A stretch of 64,000 nt of DNA from Epithemia pelagica (taxonomy: Eukaryota > Protista > Bacillariophyta): assembly GCA_946965045.2 (NCBI GenBank), contig OX337231.1, positions 2,170,001 through 2,234,000 on the forward strand. The letters run 5' to 3'. A model generated the notes under the pieces. That model had not been told where the DNA came from. It was given only the letters and a program-made list of their open reading frames with translations, and did not search any database. Shown one piece after another: positions 32,693-45,261 of this stretch (position 1 is the stretch's first letter; every line of letters begins with the position of its first letter). A program made the translations under genes and the position numbers.

Positions 32693-34027
32693 GTGGACGC
32701 TGAAGCTGCTAACGCTTTGGCTCAAGCCATTCAGGCTCTCGCGGCTGCGATTCCTGGTCCTCCTCCTGCAGCGGCCGCTGCTCCCGACATGGTTTCCCCG
32801 TACAAGGGAGGCACTCTTGACCTAACGTCCCGCACAGGCACTGGCTTGTTCCGCGCTGGATGTGACCCGCTGGATAGCAAGTTCACCGGGAAAGTTGAAG
32901 ATCTACACCTATTCCTAGCCGACTTGCGCACTCGCGTTGAAACCTGCCATTGGAATTCGGCGACTCACGGAATTTTGGATGTTGCAGTTGGAGGTATGAC
33001 CTTCAAGTTGCTAGATGATTATGGAAAAGTAACCGAAGCGCAAGTTGAAGCTGCTCGTATCACGCGTTCTGCTGCGTCGCACCGGACCAAGCAAAACGCC
33101 CAAATGATGTATGAATGCCTCATGGCATCCATCACCGACGAAGCCAAGTCCGCCCTTGCATCACGTGGTGACGTCGATTTCAATAATGATGGACCCAAGC
33201 TCTTCTACCATCTGGTGTCCGAGCTTTTCACTGCGACATTCTCCAACGCACAAGCTACGAGAGATAAATTGTCCGAGTTTCACCCACGACGCTTTAAGTA
33301 CGACGTTACCCAGGTGAACAAATTCATCCGTTCAGCTATCAAGACCTTGAAGGCTGCTTCTGCGACTGGTGGATCCATTACCGATCAAGAAATCTTGTAT
33401 TTCCAGTTCAAGGCCTATAAGAAAATCAAGGCTCCTGCGGAATGGACGTCTCACATTTTGTTTTTGGAGGCTAAAGCATCCAGCACTCCAACCTATGCTC
33501 CAGATACGCTCTACAACGAAGCGCAAGCCAAGTACAACAACTTGGTGAACTCTGGACTCTGGAAACCGTCTGATAAGACACCAGAGGAGCAAACCTTAGC
33601 CATGGTTGCTCAACAATCCAACAAGTCGTCTTCTGGTACCAAGTCGAACAAGCGCAAAGCGGAATCCAAGGCCTCAGATGGCGACAAAGATAAGAAACAG
33701 CCTCCTTTTGCTCATAAGGATGGCAAACTCGGTGATTCAAAAGAGTGGAATGGGAAAACCTATTACTGGTGCCTGGCAAACCACAAATACTCTCATTGGC
33801 ACACGCACAAGGTAGAGGATTGTAACACCAACAAGAAGATGAAGGCCGGAGGCAATGGCAAAAAGGAAGCACCTAAAAAGCAAATTGGTTCTGGTGTGGC
33901 CGCCGAAGTTGCTGTCGATGTGGACAAGCTCAAAAAGGGAATGGCCGCAATCCTTCCTGGCGGCGAGTTCGATACTGATGATTTGGCCGATGCTCTTGCA
34001 GCCATCATCAAGAATGGCAGTGAATGA
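32693..34027 (+). CDS. Element B gag-like protein
   Basis: 444-aa ORF following the PBS, with a C-terminal Cys/His knuckle-like motif YYWCLANHKYSHWHTHKVEDC. Confidence 0.8.
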   Translation: MDAEAANALAQAIQALAAAIPGPPPAAAAAPDMVSPYKGGTLDLTSRTGTGLFRAGCDPLDSKFTGKVEDLHLFLADLRTRVETCHWNSATHGILDVAVGGMTFKLLDDYGKVTEAQVEAARITRSAASHRTKQNAQMMYECLMASITDEAKSALASRGDVDFNNDGPKLFYHLVSELFTATFSNAQATRDKLSEFHPRRFKYDVTQVNKFIRSAIKTLKAASATGGSITDQEILYFQFKAYKKIKAPAEWTSHILFLEAKASSTPTYAPDTLYNEAQAKYNNLVNSGLWKPSDKTPEEQTLAMVAQQSNKSSSGTKSNKRKAESKASDGDKDKKQPPFAHKDGKLGDSKEWNGKTYYWCLANHKYSHWHTHKVEDCNTNKKMKAGGNGKKEAPKKQIGSGVAAEVAVDVDKLKKGMAAILPGGEFDTDDLADALAAIIKNGSE

Positions 34028-34231
34028 CTGCTACCCTCATGGGATGCATTCATGGCATTTTGGCCGTTTGTTGATTTTCTTACGATCAAAATGAATATTG
34101 TCGCGTTCTATGAGGTTCTGTCATGGGTCAAGCGGATTGTGAAGTTTTTCTCCGCTTGAACCAAACCATTCAAAGTCGTCAACAAGCCTTTCCGACGTCG
34201 TCCGCCCCGAACTCGAATCCACAGATCAAGT

Positions 34232-37200
34232 GTGGGCCGCCGTCTCCCAGTTGACATCACCATCAAATTGCCTCGTATATTGTTATGTCTCGCGGCGCTG
34301 CAAATTGACCAAAAGATTCGGTGGATTGCAGTGGGTCATCTTTCCAAACAAGCCAACAAAACGTTTCACTTCCAAGACGTTGATTGTTGCGTTGATACCT
34401 CTCGCACCCGAGGGAGGACCAAAAAGAAGTCATTCTTCCGCCAGGCCAAACAATTGGCATACTTGTTCATCCCAACCAAGAATCCATTGATCGATTTGGC
34501 TATGAATGGCACGTCCACCACAAGCTCGGATGACCGTCCTCGTACTGCCGTCTTCGATTCTGACGCCGACAAGTTTCTCATTGACTCTGGTGCCTCTCAT
34601 CACCTGTGGAAGTACCGTAGAGCCTTCACATCCTACCGTCCCTTGACCAAAGAAGAAAGAATGAAGGAAGCCTTGCTCGGCGTAAATGGAGAAACTGTCA
34701 TGCCCTTAGGCATAGGAACCGTTCCAATCAAGTTAGAAGATGACTTGAACATAATTCACACCATCGAATTGCGAGATGTGCGGCACTTACCTTCTGCCCC
34801 CCTCAACATTATGGTGCCCCAAGTCTTTGTTTGGCAACGACGAGAAGAAGGAGACACAAAAGCTCGCTGTTCAATTGACGATATGAGCATAGAGTTAGAG
34901 TGGCTCAGTACCAAGGATCAAAAAGTGAGCAATACGTACCGCTCAACAAGAACAACGTCGGTATGTGCTTTACAGCCCCTGGTTTCCGTCGTTTCCGTGC
35001 ATTCATGGCTCTTGCAATGCCTGCCAACCCGGTCTCTGACTCAGAAGATGAAGATGATCCTGAGCGTCCGCCTCCTGATCCTCCGCCCGATGATGAAGAC
35101 CAAGAGCCCCAGCCGATTCATCCAATCCGGTCGTCACCATCCGAGGGAGTGACAACCGATTTCACCACGGATCCCAATGTCTTGCCACCCATTGTGGAAG
35201 ATGAACCATTGTTGCGTTCGGACCAAGACCTCTTGATGCAATATCACGAGCGATTGGGTCACTGCTCCTTTCAACAACTGAAACAACTAGCAGAAAAGGG
35301 CGTGATCCCGAAACGGTAAGCAAAGGTTGCGCCTCCCAAATGTCCCAGCTGCCTCTATGGGAAAGCGCACAAGAAACCTTGGCGCACCCACAAGGTGGAT
35401 CCGAAGATTCGCACGTCAACAGTCCCTGGCGCAGTCGTGAGCATGGACCAGTTGGAATCCCCAGTTCCTGGTCTCGTACCAACAGGAAAGGGCCAACCGA
35501 CCAAGAAAAGATTCAAAGGTGCCACAGTGTTTGTTGACCACGCGTCCGATTTGACTTACGTGCATTTAATGCACGCCATTACCACCGAAGAAACCTTGGA
35601 GGCAAAACACGAGTTCGAAAGATTCGCGCAACGGCATGGTGTTACCGTCCAGCATTATCATTGTGACAATGGACGATTTGCGGACAAGGAGTTTGTGAAC
35701 GATGTCAAAAACGCACTCCAAACAATTTCTTTCTGTGGCGTGGGAGCCCACCATCAGAATGGGATCGCGGAAAGGCGAATTCGAGACCTTACCGAAAGCG
35801 CAAGAACGATGATCCTTCATGCTGCTCATAGATGGCCAAAAACCATCACAGCAAATTTGTGGCCACAAGCGGTGAAGCATGCAACGAACATTCGCAATGC
35901 ACTCCCACGTAACAACAAAGCCAAATCTCCCATCTCCATCTTTTCCAACTCCGATGTGGAACCAAACACCAAACACTTTCATCCTTTTGGTTGCCCCGTT
36001 TATGTGCTCCAAGCTCCACTCCAGACAGGAAGCCCTCATCACAAATGGGCAGAACGATCTCGAGTTGGTGTATTGTTGTGTCACTCGCCCCATCATGCTG
36101 CTTCTGTTCCTCTCATCCTGTCTACGCAAACTGGTCTTGTAAGCCCACAATTCCATTGCGTGTATGACGACAAATTCGAGACAGTGAAGAACGAACAACA
36201 TGACACAAGCATTTGGAAGCAAAAGGCGTTAGTGCACAAAGGAGATGAAAATAGATCTGACCATCTGATCTCGCGTCCCTTGACACGACGATCACTTACA
36301 CAACAACAACAACGACAACAAGAATCCAACTTACTCAACTTTGGGAACAACATCCCACAGGCCTTGCTCAAATTACCCGATCTCTTGACGGGTGCAATTC
36401 CGCAAGTGCCTGCTGACGATCCAGCTCCTCTTCCTAATGCCGAACCCGAGCCACAGATAGCTCCTGTTCCACCAGAAGAGACTCCACAACCATACCCAGT
36501 GGACATTGCCCCCACAGGGCAAACCAGGACCGGTCGACAAGTGCGTCCCCCTTCTCGATTGTCGTTGATTGCTTATCATTGTTGTTTTATGGCTCAGGAT
36601 GTGGCCATGACCATCTGATCTTGCGTCCCTTGACACGACGATCACTTACACAACAACAACAACGACAACAAGAATCCAACTTACTCAACTTTGGGAACAA
36701 CATCCCACAGGCCTTGCTCAAATTACCCGATCTCTTGACGGGTGCAATTCCGCAAGTGCCTGCTGACGATCCAGCTCCTCTTCCTGATGCCGAACCCGAG
36801 CCACAGATAGCTCCTGTTCCACCAGAAGAGACTCCACAACCATACCTAGTGGACATTGCCCCCACAGGGCAAACCAGGACCGGTCGACAAGTGCGTCCCC
36901 CTTCTCGATTGTCGTTGATTGCTTATCATTGTTGTTTTATGGCTCAGGATGTGGCCAAGACTTTGGCCGACTATCATCCTTTGGCACTGCTGCAGATGAT
37001 GAGCACCGCCGCCATCAAGCCAGATGTTATACCCTTGCATATCGCTCTCCAACAAGAAGATAGCGACAAGTTCATTCAGGCCATGGTGAAGGAACTCAAA
37101 CAGCATGCCGAATTGAAGCATTGGAAGATCGTGCATAAAGCTCAAGTTCCACCCAACGCAAAACCAATCCCCATGGTTTGGTCGTTTATGCGCAAAAACG

Positions 37201-38660
37201 ACCCAGCTGGAGCAATCATTAAATGGAAAGCTCGCCTCTGTGCTGGAGGCCACAGACAGGTTTTTGGTGATACCTACTGGTCCACTTTTTCCCCTGTTGT
37301 TGCATGGCCAACCGTCCGGTGCATCTTCATCCTGGCGTTGATTTTGGGATGGGACATGCGATCGATCGACTTCATTATGGCGTACACTCAAGCAAAGGTG
37401 AAGACCGATATCTTCATGCAATTGCCAAAAGGTACCACATTGCCCGGCCTTGACCCGAATAAACACTTGCTGAAGCTCCAACAAAACTTGTATGGCTTGA
37501 AAGACGGCCAAGTGACTTGGCATGAGCACATAAAAGATGGACTCCTCAAGCAAGGCTTCAAACAATCCAACGTTGATCCCTGTTTATTCTCAAAGGGCGT
37601 CGTTCTTCTCGTCCTGTATATCGACGACGCAGCCTTCTTCTCTCCGGATCCGAAAGCCATTGACCGAGAAGTAGCGCTGCTCCAAAAGTCCTTTGACCTG
37701 ACAGACGATGGTCCACTGTTGGACTATCTTGGAGCCCGATTCATTTGGCATGAAGATGGGCGCGTTGAGTTGCAACAACAGAAGTCGATCGACAATTGCT
37801 TGAATCATCTTGGTCTGGGCCTCTCTCAAGAAAATGTCAAGATGCATGACACTCCAGCCGAAGCCAATAAGATCCTACACGCGGACTCTGATGGCCCCAC
37901 TCGGAAGCAAGATTGGAACTACCGTGCCGTGATTGGTTCCCTCAATTATCTTTAAGCCTTGTCTCGCCCGGATCTATCCTATGCTGTGCATCAATGTGCT
38001 AGGTTCTGTAGCGATCCGAAGCTATCCCATGAGGTGGCAGTCAAACGAATTTGCCGCTATCTACGTGCGACCCGTGATAAAGGTCTGTTCTTCCGACCGA
38101 ATGTCCGTGAAGGATTCAAGTGCTACGTGGATGCTGATTGGGCTGGTTACTGGAATAAGAATAGGCCCAACGATCCTGCTGGTGCGCTCTCGCGCACAGG
38201 CTACGTGATTATGTACGCTGGTTGTCCGTTGGTATGGGGATCCAAGATGCAGTCATTGGTAGCGCTCAGCACGACCGAAGCGGAAATTATTGCCCTCTCA
38301 ACAGCCCTACGCGAAGTCATTCATCTCCAGAATCTCTTAGAAGAATTACGTGACTCTGGTTTTCCAATTCCCTTCTCCAAGGCACAGGTTCAATGTCGCA
38401 CTTTCGAAGACAACGCTGCTTGTATTGAAGTTGCTACGTCAGAGCCTAAGATCCGACCACGAACCAAGCATCTTGCGGTTCGTCTTTTTCATTTCCGCAG
38501 TCATGTGGAGAATGGGCGTATTACCATCGAACATGTGCCTTCTCAGGAACAATTGGCTGATATCTTTACCAAACCTTTGCCACGGGATTCGTTTTGCCGT
38601 TTACGGGATCGATTGCTTAATTGGTCTTCCGATCCGGTCCCGCAGCACGAGGGAGTGTGA
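34232..38660 (+). pseudogene. Element B pol (PR-IN-RT-RNaseH), multiply disrupted
   Basis: Motifs FLIDSGASHH, HERLGH, HCDNG, HHQNGIAERRIR, WKARLCAGG, LYIDD, YVDADWAG, STTEAE, QLADIFTK. Lesions: frameshift near 34930, TAA at 35317-35319, 350-bp tandem duplication, TAA at 37953-37955. Confidence 0.93.
36258..36957 (+). repeat. 350-bp tandem duplication inside element B pol
   Basis: 36258-36607 is nearly identical to 36608-36957; the period is not a multiple of 3, so it shifts the frame. Confidence 0.92.
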
Positions 38661-38876
38661 GGTTGTATATGCACCTATGCTGACATCACCTACTCTCCAT
38701 CTTACTCTCGATTCACAAGATTCCTCCTCGTTCCATACGATTCATTCTTCCAATTTATGTTCCGCATCATCTTACGTGAAATGTTCCGTATCAAGTTCCG
38801 TATCAAACTTTATTACGTACGACTAGTTTTAACAAAGTATTCTAAAGCTCACAATTTCGAAAACATACAGATCTCA
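38656..38876 (+). repeat. Element B 3' LTR (intact, 221 bp)
   Basis: TGTGAGGTTG...GATCTCA followed by TSD GAAAT. Confidence 0.95.
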
Positions 38877-39745
38877 GAAATCTTGTTCGGCCTCAACGGA
38901 CAAAGTGTCTGTGTCACAATCAATAGCGTCCAACCCTGTAAGCGATCCACCAACAGCGATATACTGCAATGGTGAACTCGTTGGCAGATTATTGCAGATG
39001 TGTGATGGTTGTCACAACAATGCCAAGGTTACGACGACCAAAAAGAGGCTCTTCCTTTGTTGTCTTCCCAAAAGATACACCGAGAGTTTCTCCGAGAGAC
39101 GACTTTAAATTTATTGGCCGGACGGCGTGGAGCAAGAGTCAACCAACTGCAACCTACGAAAAGACCAACTTCTTGATCGTGTCAACGTCAAGTGTCCACA
39201 AGTGACACCTCCGCGCTCCTTCAATGATCAACGAATAAAGTGGATTAATTCTATTCAACATAATGCAGCTAGGGTGTGAAATCTTGGATGTTCAAATTTC
39301 AAAACTTAAAAGAGATCCATCGTGCATCCAGAAAGAAGCCCAGTCAGTCCCACGTGGTTCCCACTCTCTACGAGTAATGTTCGCGAGTTGGCCTGTCGAC
39401 TGTCGAAACGAAATCCTTAATTGTAATTCGCCCTCCGGCTAAGAATGCGAAAGGGCTATTTTATTATTGGTAGAGGGAGCCGAACCAGTCGCATTCGCGC
39501 TCCAAAATTGCATACATTCTGTCAAAGTAATAGCGGCACACCTCAACCTCAAATACAATCATACTACCTGACGTGAGAACGTATTCAGTCATTTACAAAT
39601 CATCCCTATAATTGTGGAACGAGACCCCAGGGAGTTTTTCAATTGAGTGCCACGTGTAAGCTCTTTGATCTATTCATGCTAGCAGAGCTATCCTTTTCCT
39701 CTTCCGATCAACGATGAGATCCATCATCCCAATGGCACCACCGCC

Positions 39746-41989
39746 ATGAGGAAGAGAGACCTATTGTGGAATCATCATGGGTGGTGGTTGGCTGCTGTAG
39801 GAATTCTTCTTTTCGATCTGGTCAGACCAGTGTCGTCGTGGACGATCGGGAGGACCACTGGCGAAAGAGCACTCCATCCAAACGGGCAACGACAAAGACC
39901 ATCCATGTGGCATCACCTTGAAGCAGAAACACGTTTGGCTTGGCCGCATGGTTTCGGAAACCAGCCTGGAAGGGCCGTGGCGGTGAGCTTGCTTGCTGCT
40001 TCTTCTTCTTCTTCTTCTTCTTCTTTGGACGACAACAAGGATGAGTCGGTCGCATCTAGCATAAAAGTGGACAACGACGACGACGACGACGACGACGCCA
40101 CACTCTGTTCTACGACAACCACCACGTCGTCCAGGCCATTAGTTTATCCAGACAAGTGGGAACAGTTGCAACGATTGGCCCAACGTACCTCTCGTGATAC
40201 ACAAGCGGTCCATCAAGCCCAGGTGTTGATGGACCAACTGGAAGAGAAATCCCACCATTCTTCCAGTCATGCCGCCACCGACGACGACGACCAGCTGCCG
40301 TTTTTGACGATTGACTGGTACAATCTCTTGTGGGAAGTCTATGCGTACGCGACACATCTTCCGGAGGCACCCGACATCATTGATGGACAAATTCAACAAG
40401 TGACGGATCGGGTGGAAGCCTATGTGCAACTACAGCAACCAAACAACGCTGCGATTCCATCCATGATAACCCAGTGTTGGCCCAATCTCGATTCCTACGC
40501 CAAACTCATGGATGCCTATACCCAACGAGGGGACTTGTCCAATGTTGAGGCTGTGGTCAAACACTTGAAAGAACAAGCATCCTCGCAACCACGACAGTCT
40601 TGGAATCGCGAGTTATCCCTGCAACCCACGGTCGATATTTACAACAAACTTATTCGAGCCCATGGCATGTTGGGACAAGCCCGTCATGCCCAACAAATTG
40701 TACAGGAAGAGTTGTTGGAACCATCGGGATGTCAGAGTCTCTTGAATGGCATGCGGGCCAAGGACACGAACAGCAACAAATTGGGGTGGTTGCGTCCCAA
40801 TCGCAAAACGTGGATTCATCTCTTGAGAGCCTTGGCCACGGAGGGACGCGTCGACGAAATTCACCAGTACATGCATCATGTCATGACACGAGGGTATCAA
40901 TCCTTTCCGGATCAATGTCATGATTGGAAGCCCACGGTACATGCTTATAATGCACTGATTCGGGCAATGATCCTGCAACACGCCAACCAGAGCAAGAACT
41001 ACGTCAAAGAAACAACCTGTCATGCTCAAGTGGAACAGGTGCTGTACCATATGATTCAACAATCACGAAGACAAGAAAGCAACCTAGAGGAATCGTCCAG
41101 CGACAAGCCACCAAAGGCGCAAAGAATCGCACCGCATGATCCAGAGTCGTCATTCTCGGGGGCAGAATACAATGAGGATACAATTCGACCCAATCGCGAA
41201 ACCTTCTTTTTCGTACTGCAGTCCTACCGAGGATCCAGGTCGGCCAGTATGGCCGACAAGGTGGAACGTCTGTTGGAACTGCAACTTGGATTGGCCACGA
41301 CTGCCATGGAAGGTGGTCGTCAAGACGTGACTGCGTCCTGGCTTCCGGATACCCGGACCTTTAATCTGGCCATTTCCATTATATCCCGAACCAATGATTC
41401 TCAAAAGGCGGTTCGGGCGGAACGTTTGTGGAATACCATGATCCAAACTCTCAATCACTGCCAAACGGAGCGAATCAATGACGGCAACAAAAACACTGTG
41501 TCGCACATTCCATGGGGCTTGAACACGGCCCGACCAAATTTTGCCACGCTCCGGAACGTACTCAATGCCTGTGCCTATACCCGAGGGTCTACTCGAGACC
41601 GATGGGCCGCCTTTCAAATTGCAATTCAAGTCTATAATCAGGCTCGAAAAGAGTCCGATCAAACGTCATCAGTTGATGCTGAACAAGACAAGAGCAATCA
41701 ACGACAAGGCGAGGACAGTGACGATATTACTCTCACACAGGAAAACCGAATCAAGATTTATCAATTGTTTTTGCTCTCCTGTTTCAATCTCATGCCGCCT
41801 AGTCCCAAACGGGATGCCGTCATAGAACGTGTCTTTAACCGATGTTGTCGAGAAGGGTTGCTCTCCAATCTTATTCTCTATGGTGTAGTCTTGAAGCATG
41901 CTTCTGATGATCTCCAACTCAAGCTTTTGGGTGGCTTTGTCGAAGACGGTGTACAACCACGGGCTGAGTGGAGTCGAAATGTTCCATGA
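39746..41989 (+). CDS. Pentatricopeptide-repeat (PPR-like) protein with probable bipartite plastid-targeting presequence
   Basis: Repeats PNLDSYAKLMDAY, PTVDIYNKLIRAH, PNRKTWIHLLRAL, PTVHAYNALIRAM, PNRETFFFVLQSY, PDTRTFNLAISII, PNFATLRNVLNAC. Hydrophobic N-terminus ending in VSS-W. Confidence 0.8.
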   Translation: MRKRDLLWNHHGWWLAAVGILLFDLVRPVSSWTIGRTTGERALHPNGQRQRPSMWHHLEAETRLAWPHGFGNQPGRAVAVSLLAASSSSSSSSLDDNKDESVASSIKVDNDDDDDDDATLCSTTTTTSSRPLVYPDKWEQLQRLAQRTSRDTQAVHQAQVLMDQLEEKSHHSSSHAATDDDDQLPFLTIDWYNLLWEVYAYATHLPEAPDIIDGQIQQVTDRVEAYVQLQQPNNAAIPSMITQCWPNLDSYAKLMDAYTQRGDLSNVEAVVKHLKEQASSQPRQSWNRELSLQPTVDIYNKLIRAHGMLGQARHAQQIVQEELLEPSGCQSLLNGMRAKDTNSNKLGWLRPNRKTWIHLLRALATEGRVDEIHQYMHHVMTRGYQSFPDQCHDWKPTVHAYNALIRAMILQHANQSKNYVKETTCHAQVEQVLYHMIQQSRRQESNLEESSSDKPPKAQRIAPHDPESSFSGAEYNEDTIRPNRETFFFVLQSYRGSRSASMADKVERLLELQLGLATTAMEGGRQDVTASWLPDTRTFNLAISIISRTNDSQKAVRAERLWNTMIQTLNHCQTERINDGNKNTVSHIPWGLNTARPNFATLRNVLNACAYTRGSTRDRWAAFQIAIQVYNQARKESDQTSSVDAEQDKSNQRQGEDSDDITLTQENRIKIYQLFLLSCFNLMPPSPKRDAVIERVFNRCCREGLLSNLILYGVVLKHASDDLQLKLLGGFVEDGVQPRAEWSRNVP

Positions 41990-42452
41990 AAGAGCAACAA
42001 TAGCAAGAGCATGACTGCCTGGACTCGAAGCTTACGCAACTGGTCGTCTAGGAATCTTTGGTTCCAGTCCCCGTGCATGATCGCATCGTGGTTGTTGGGA
42101 TTAACGGTTTCTATTATGAATTATGGATGCTTTGTCGTCTTCCGAAGAGCACTGCGAAACTCGCCTCCAGCGCATCCTACAAGGATCTACACATACACCA
42201 GGCTCTCGTCATGGTAAGACGGCAAGATTCGATAAACGGGTTGATATGTTGCAAAACGGAAATGAAATTCTTTCCTCCAATCGACGCGGTTCTGCAACGA
42301 TGGCATTGCTGTATTCTCCCTGGTCTCTGTTCCCTCCATTCGTTTCTTTGGGGGAAACAGATGTCTGGAGCAAGCAAACAAGCCGTGTCCACAAAGTCGC
42401 ATATTTCCTTTTCACGGCGTCAAAGTTGTCGTCATAACGAATTCTCGTCGGT

Positions 42453-45261
42453 TCACCGTTGCTTTGCGTCTGAAGTGTCCCCGCTCCTTTTATCCGAATT
42501 GCTCCGATCCAGTTTTTCATAGTCGGCGACATAATTCCACTCCGAAGCAGAACCTTGACAAATGGCCCTTAGTCCCTCAACAGCGCCTTTGAGAACGAGC
42601 AGAAATATTTACGTTCATGCATTTGAAACGAAAACCCGAATTGAGTGCGGCACCAATGCACGTTCCAGTCAACGGTTTCCTACTTACCTTTCCACGAGAA
42701 TAATGACGCCCCCTCGGAAATGTAAAGATAGTTATCAAACATTTCCGTTCCAGCTGGGACTGGCTTTTCCAGTGCGTCTATCGCGTATGTCAACCAGTTC
42801 TGTCGATGTCTGGCCGGATCGTAGAATCTCCTCCGAAGGACTTTCGGAAGCTCGTCAACTTGAGCATTGACTTCAGTGACAGGGAGGATGTTGTCTGTAT
42901 GATATGTTCCATTGCATCCATGGTTAACAAATGTCATTATTCCCGGGTCAATGAACAACGAAGTTTCACCATATGGGAATGTTTCCATCCCATAGCCATG
43001 TACGTAGAAATATAGTTCCTCCACGTAATCGTTCAAATCATACATTCTTTCAATCAGACGAACAGTGTCGGGCATGACCAACATGCTGTGCACAACCTCG
43101 TCAATCCCCAAGTACACATGGGCCGGAATATCCTCCACGGCAAATATTCCCCGTCCGATACTTGGATTAGTTGCCGTTCGTATTTCAAACTTGGATGTGG
43201 GAACATTTTGTCGTTCACTGTCGAGCCTTTCAACACAGCCATAACCCTCCCCTTTCGTGGAAAGATACGAACAATAAGTATTCTCGGCTTTGCGGGTGGG
43301 CGTTTGGTACGACGCCATTGTGGCTCCGTCGAGAAACTTCAAAGCGCCGTCGCCAGACTTGGTCAATACCGTTCGATGCGCAATGTCCAAGTCTGTCATC
43401 GCCTCTCCATTAAACCACCGAGATAATCCGTGTCGATCGGAGGGGGCAATAAAGAATTTCCAGGCGTCATCAAATCCGCATCCACTCTCCATATAATCGT
43501 GGAGAACAAAGAACCCTACACGTTCTAGATTGTTGATCAATCTGATCCAATCGTGGTCATCGTAGACAGTGCGCTGACGCTCAATGCCAACTTGACCGCC
43601 TAATATTCCACCTTCTCGGAGGGCCGAGTGAATTGCTTTGGCAAAGTTAATGTTGCCGTACATGTAGTCGGAAAACTCCAACATGGACCCCGGATCCCTA
43701 GTTCAACAACAAGTTGAGGTAAGAACGGTCGACCTCGAAAGCACTACCAACGCCCAAACAGCAATTCAACTTACAGTGAGTCCAGGATAATAACATCAAA
43801 CTTTTCTTCTTCGGGAATGTTTGTTTTGTTGAAAAACCGCTGGATAAACCATCCAATGGCATCTTCATAGTATACGGTAGCTCGAGGATCGTCGAAACAT
43901 GACTGATATGTTCCACTTTGGTCTCCTCCCAGCTGCTGCTCTTTGTCTTCACTGGTGTGCGGAGAAAGCAGATCCGAGCAATCGTTCCAGTCTTGCAAAT
44001 AGTCTTGTGCAGCTTGTGTAATCTCCTCGTCAATCTCAATCATGACACACTCGTCGACCGTGTTGTGTTTCAACACTTCTCGCAGGGTCGCACCTTCGCC
44101 GCCCCCAAAAATGGCAACGCGGCGGGGATTGGGATGGGCCAACAAGAGCGGATGCACCAAGGCTTCATGGTAGGCCTCCAAGCCACGTTTTCGGCTTTGC
44201 ATAATGCTGTCGAAATAGACGATGCGATCCGGTTGTTCCACGCCGTCAGGATTGCAATCCGCATGAGAACCAGTACAGGGTGCAACGGTTTCATACTTGT
44301 TGAAGCGCAAGTCGTAGCAATCGTAGAGATCCATTTGTTGAAACTTGGTGTCGACATGGGCCACGTATTGTTTGTAAAATCTGTTTTGTTCCATGTGCAG
44401 GTTTGGCATATCCACCACCCAGGCAAGATCCAATTCATAGGTATTACCGCCCTTGTCCTCGTCCATGGTATAACGAAAGCCGCGTTCGGCTTGGTGCCAC
44501 AGGGGGGCCGACAATACTCCGTGTTTGGTTCCCAACGACGTCATGTAGTTGGTGAGACGGTCGACTTTTCCTTGAATTGCCGTCGTCGACAATGTTTCCG
44601 ATTCACCAAGGAGTGACTGAGATGGCAAGTAAAAGTCAATCATATAGAGAGGGTTTGGAGACATGGAATCTTCTCTTTGATTGCTTTGTGGACTTTGAAC
44701 ATGGTACACAGAAATATAACCACGTCCATTCAAGAGACCCAAACACCGCACAACCGCGCCTCCGGAGCACTGCATTGATTCCGGTAGAAGTTCGAGTTGC
44801 ATCTCTCGAGCGACCTGTGTAGTCACCGTTTGTACATGATCGACCATATCTTTCTCATAAACAGCTGTACGTTTTTCGAGAGGCTTTTCGAAACTAAAGA
44901 GAAGCTGAACTGCTGTGCAGCAATTGTCGGGTGGCGGCGACGTGTCGGGTGCCAATGCCGTCGCCTCGGAATCGGGAGCTTGACAGACTTGGTCCCCGAC
45001 GAGCCATGTTGTGTTCCATGGATGCAACCGTTTTGTCCTGATCAAGAAAGGAATGAGACTTTTACTGGCCCAGTACGGTAAGACGGCAGCCAAGACGATA
45101 TTGAACAGAATCCACCGGACTGTCAAACGGACGATCATACTGGGGGGAGCCTTGGCGGATGTCGTCGTGGCTGGTTCTTGAAGAGAGATGTTGCGATGCG
45201 CAGACGAATTGGCAAACGTCTTGTCGATTCGACGTTCCGGTCGTCTCTCGTTTATCGACAA
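42453..45261 (-). CDS. Diatom long-chain-polyamine-type fusion: signal/anchor - degenerate AdoMetDC-like - aminopropyltransferase - SET methyltransferase; 3 exons
   Basis: YHEALVHP, PRRVAIFGGGEGATLREVLKH, VMIEID. FDVIILDSL|DP joins across intron 43774-43698. SET motifs GRGIFA, FVNHGCNG and GTEMFDNY. A last exon ends at TGA 42453. First in-frame ATG is 45138. Confidence 0.85.

Larger units (their letters stand above)
22109..38876 (+). mobile_element. Ty1/copia LTR retrotransposon 'B' (degenerate), carrying nested insertions in its 5' LTR
   Basis: TG...CA LTRs of about 221 bp; 5-bp target-site duplication GAAAT at 22104-22108 and 38877-38881; PBS GGTTATGAGCCC; polypurine tract before 38656; domain order gag-PR-IN-RT-RH. 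Confidence 0.95.
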
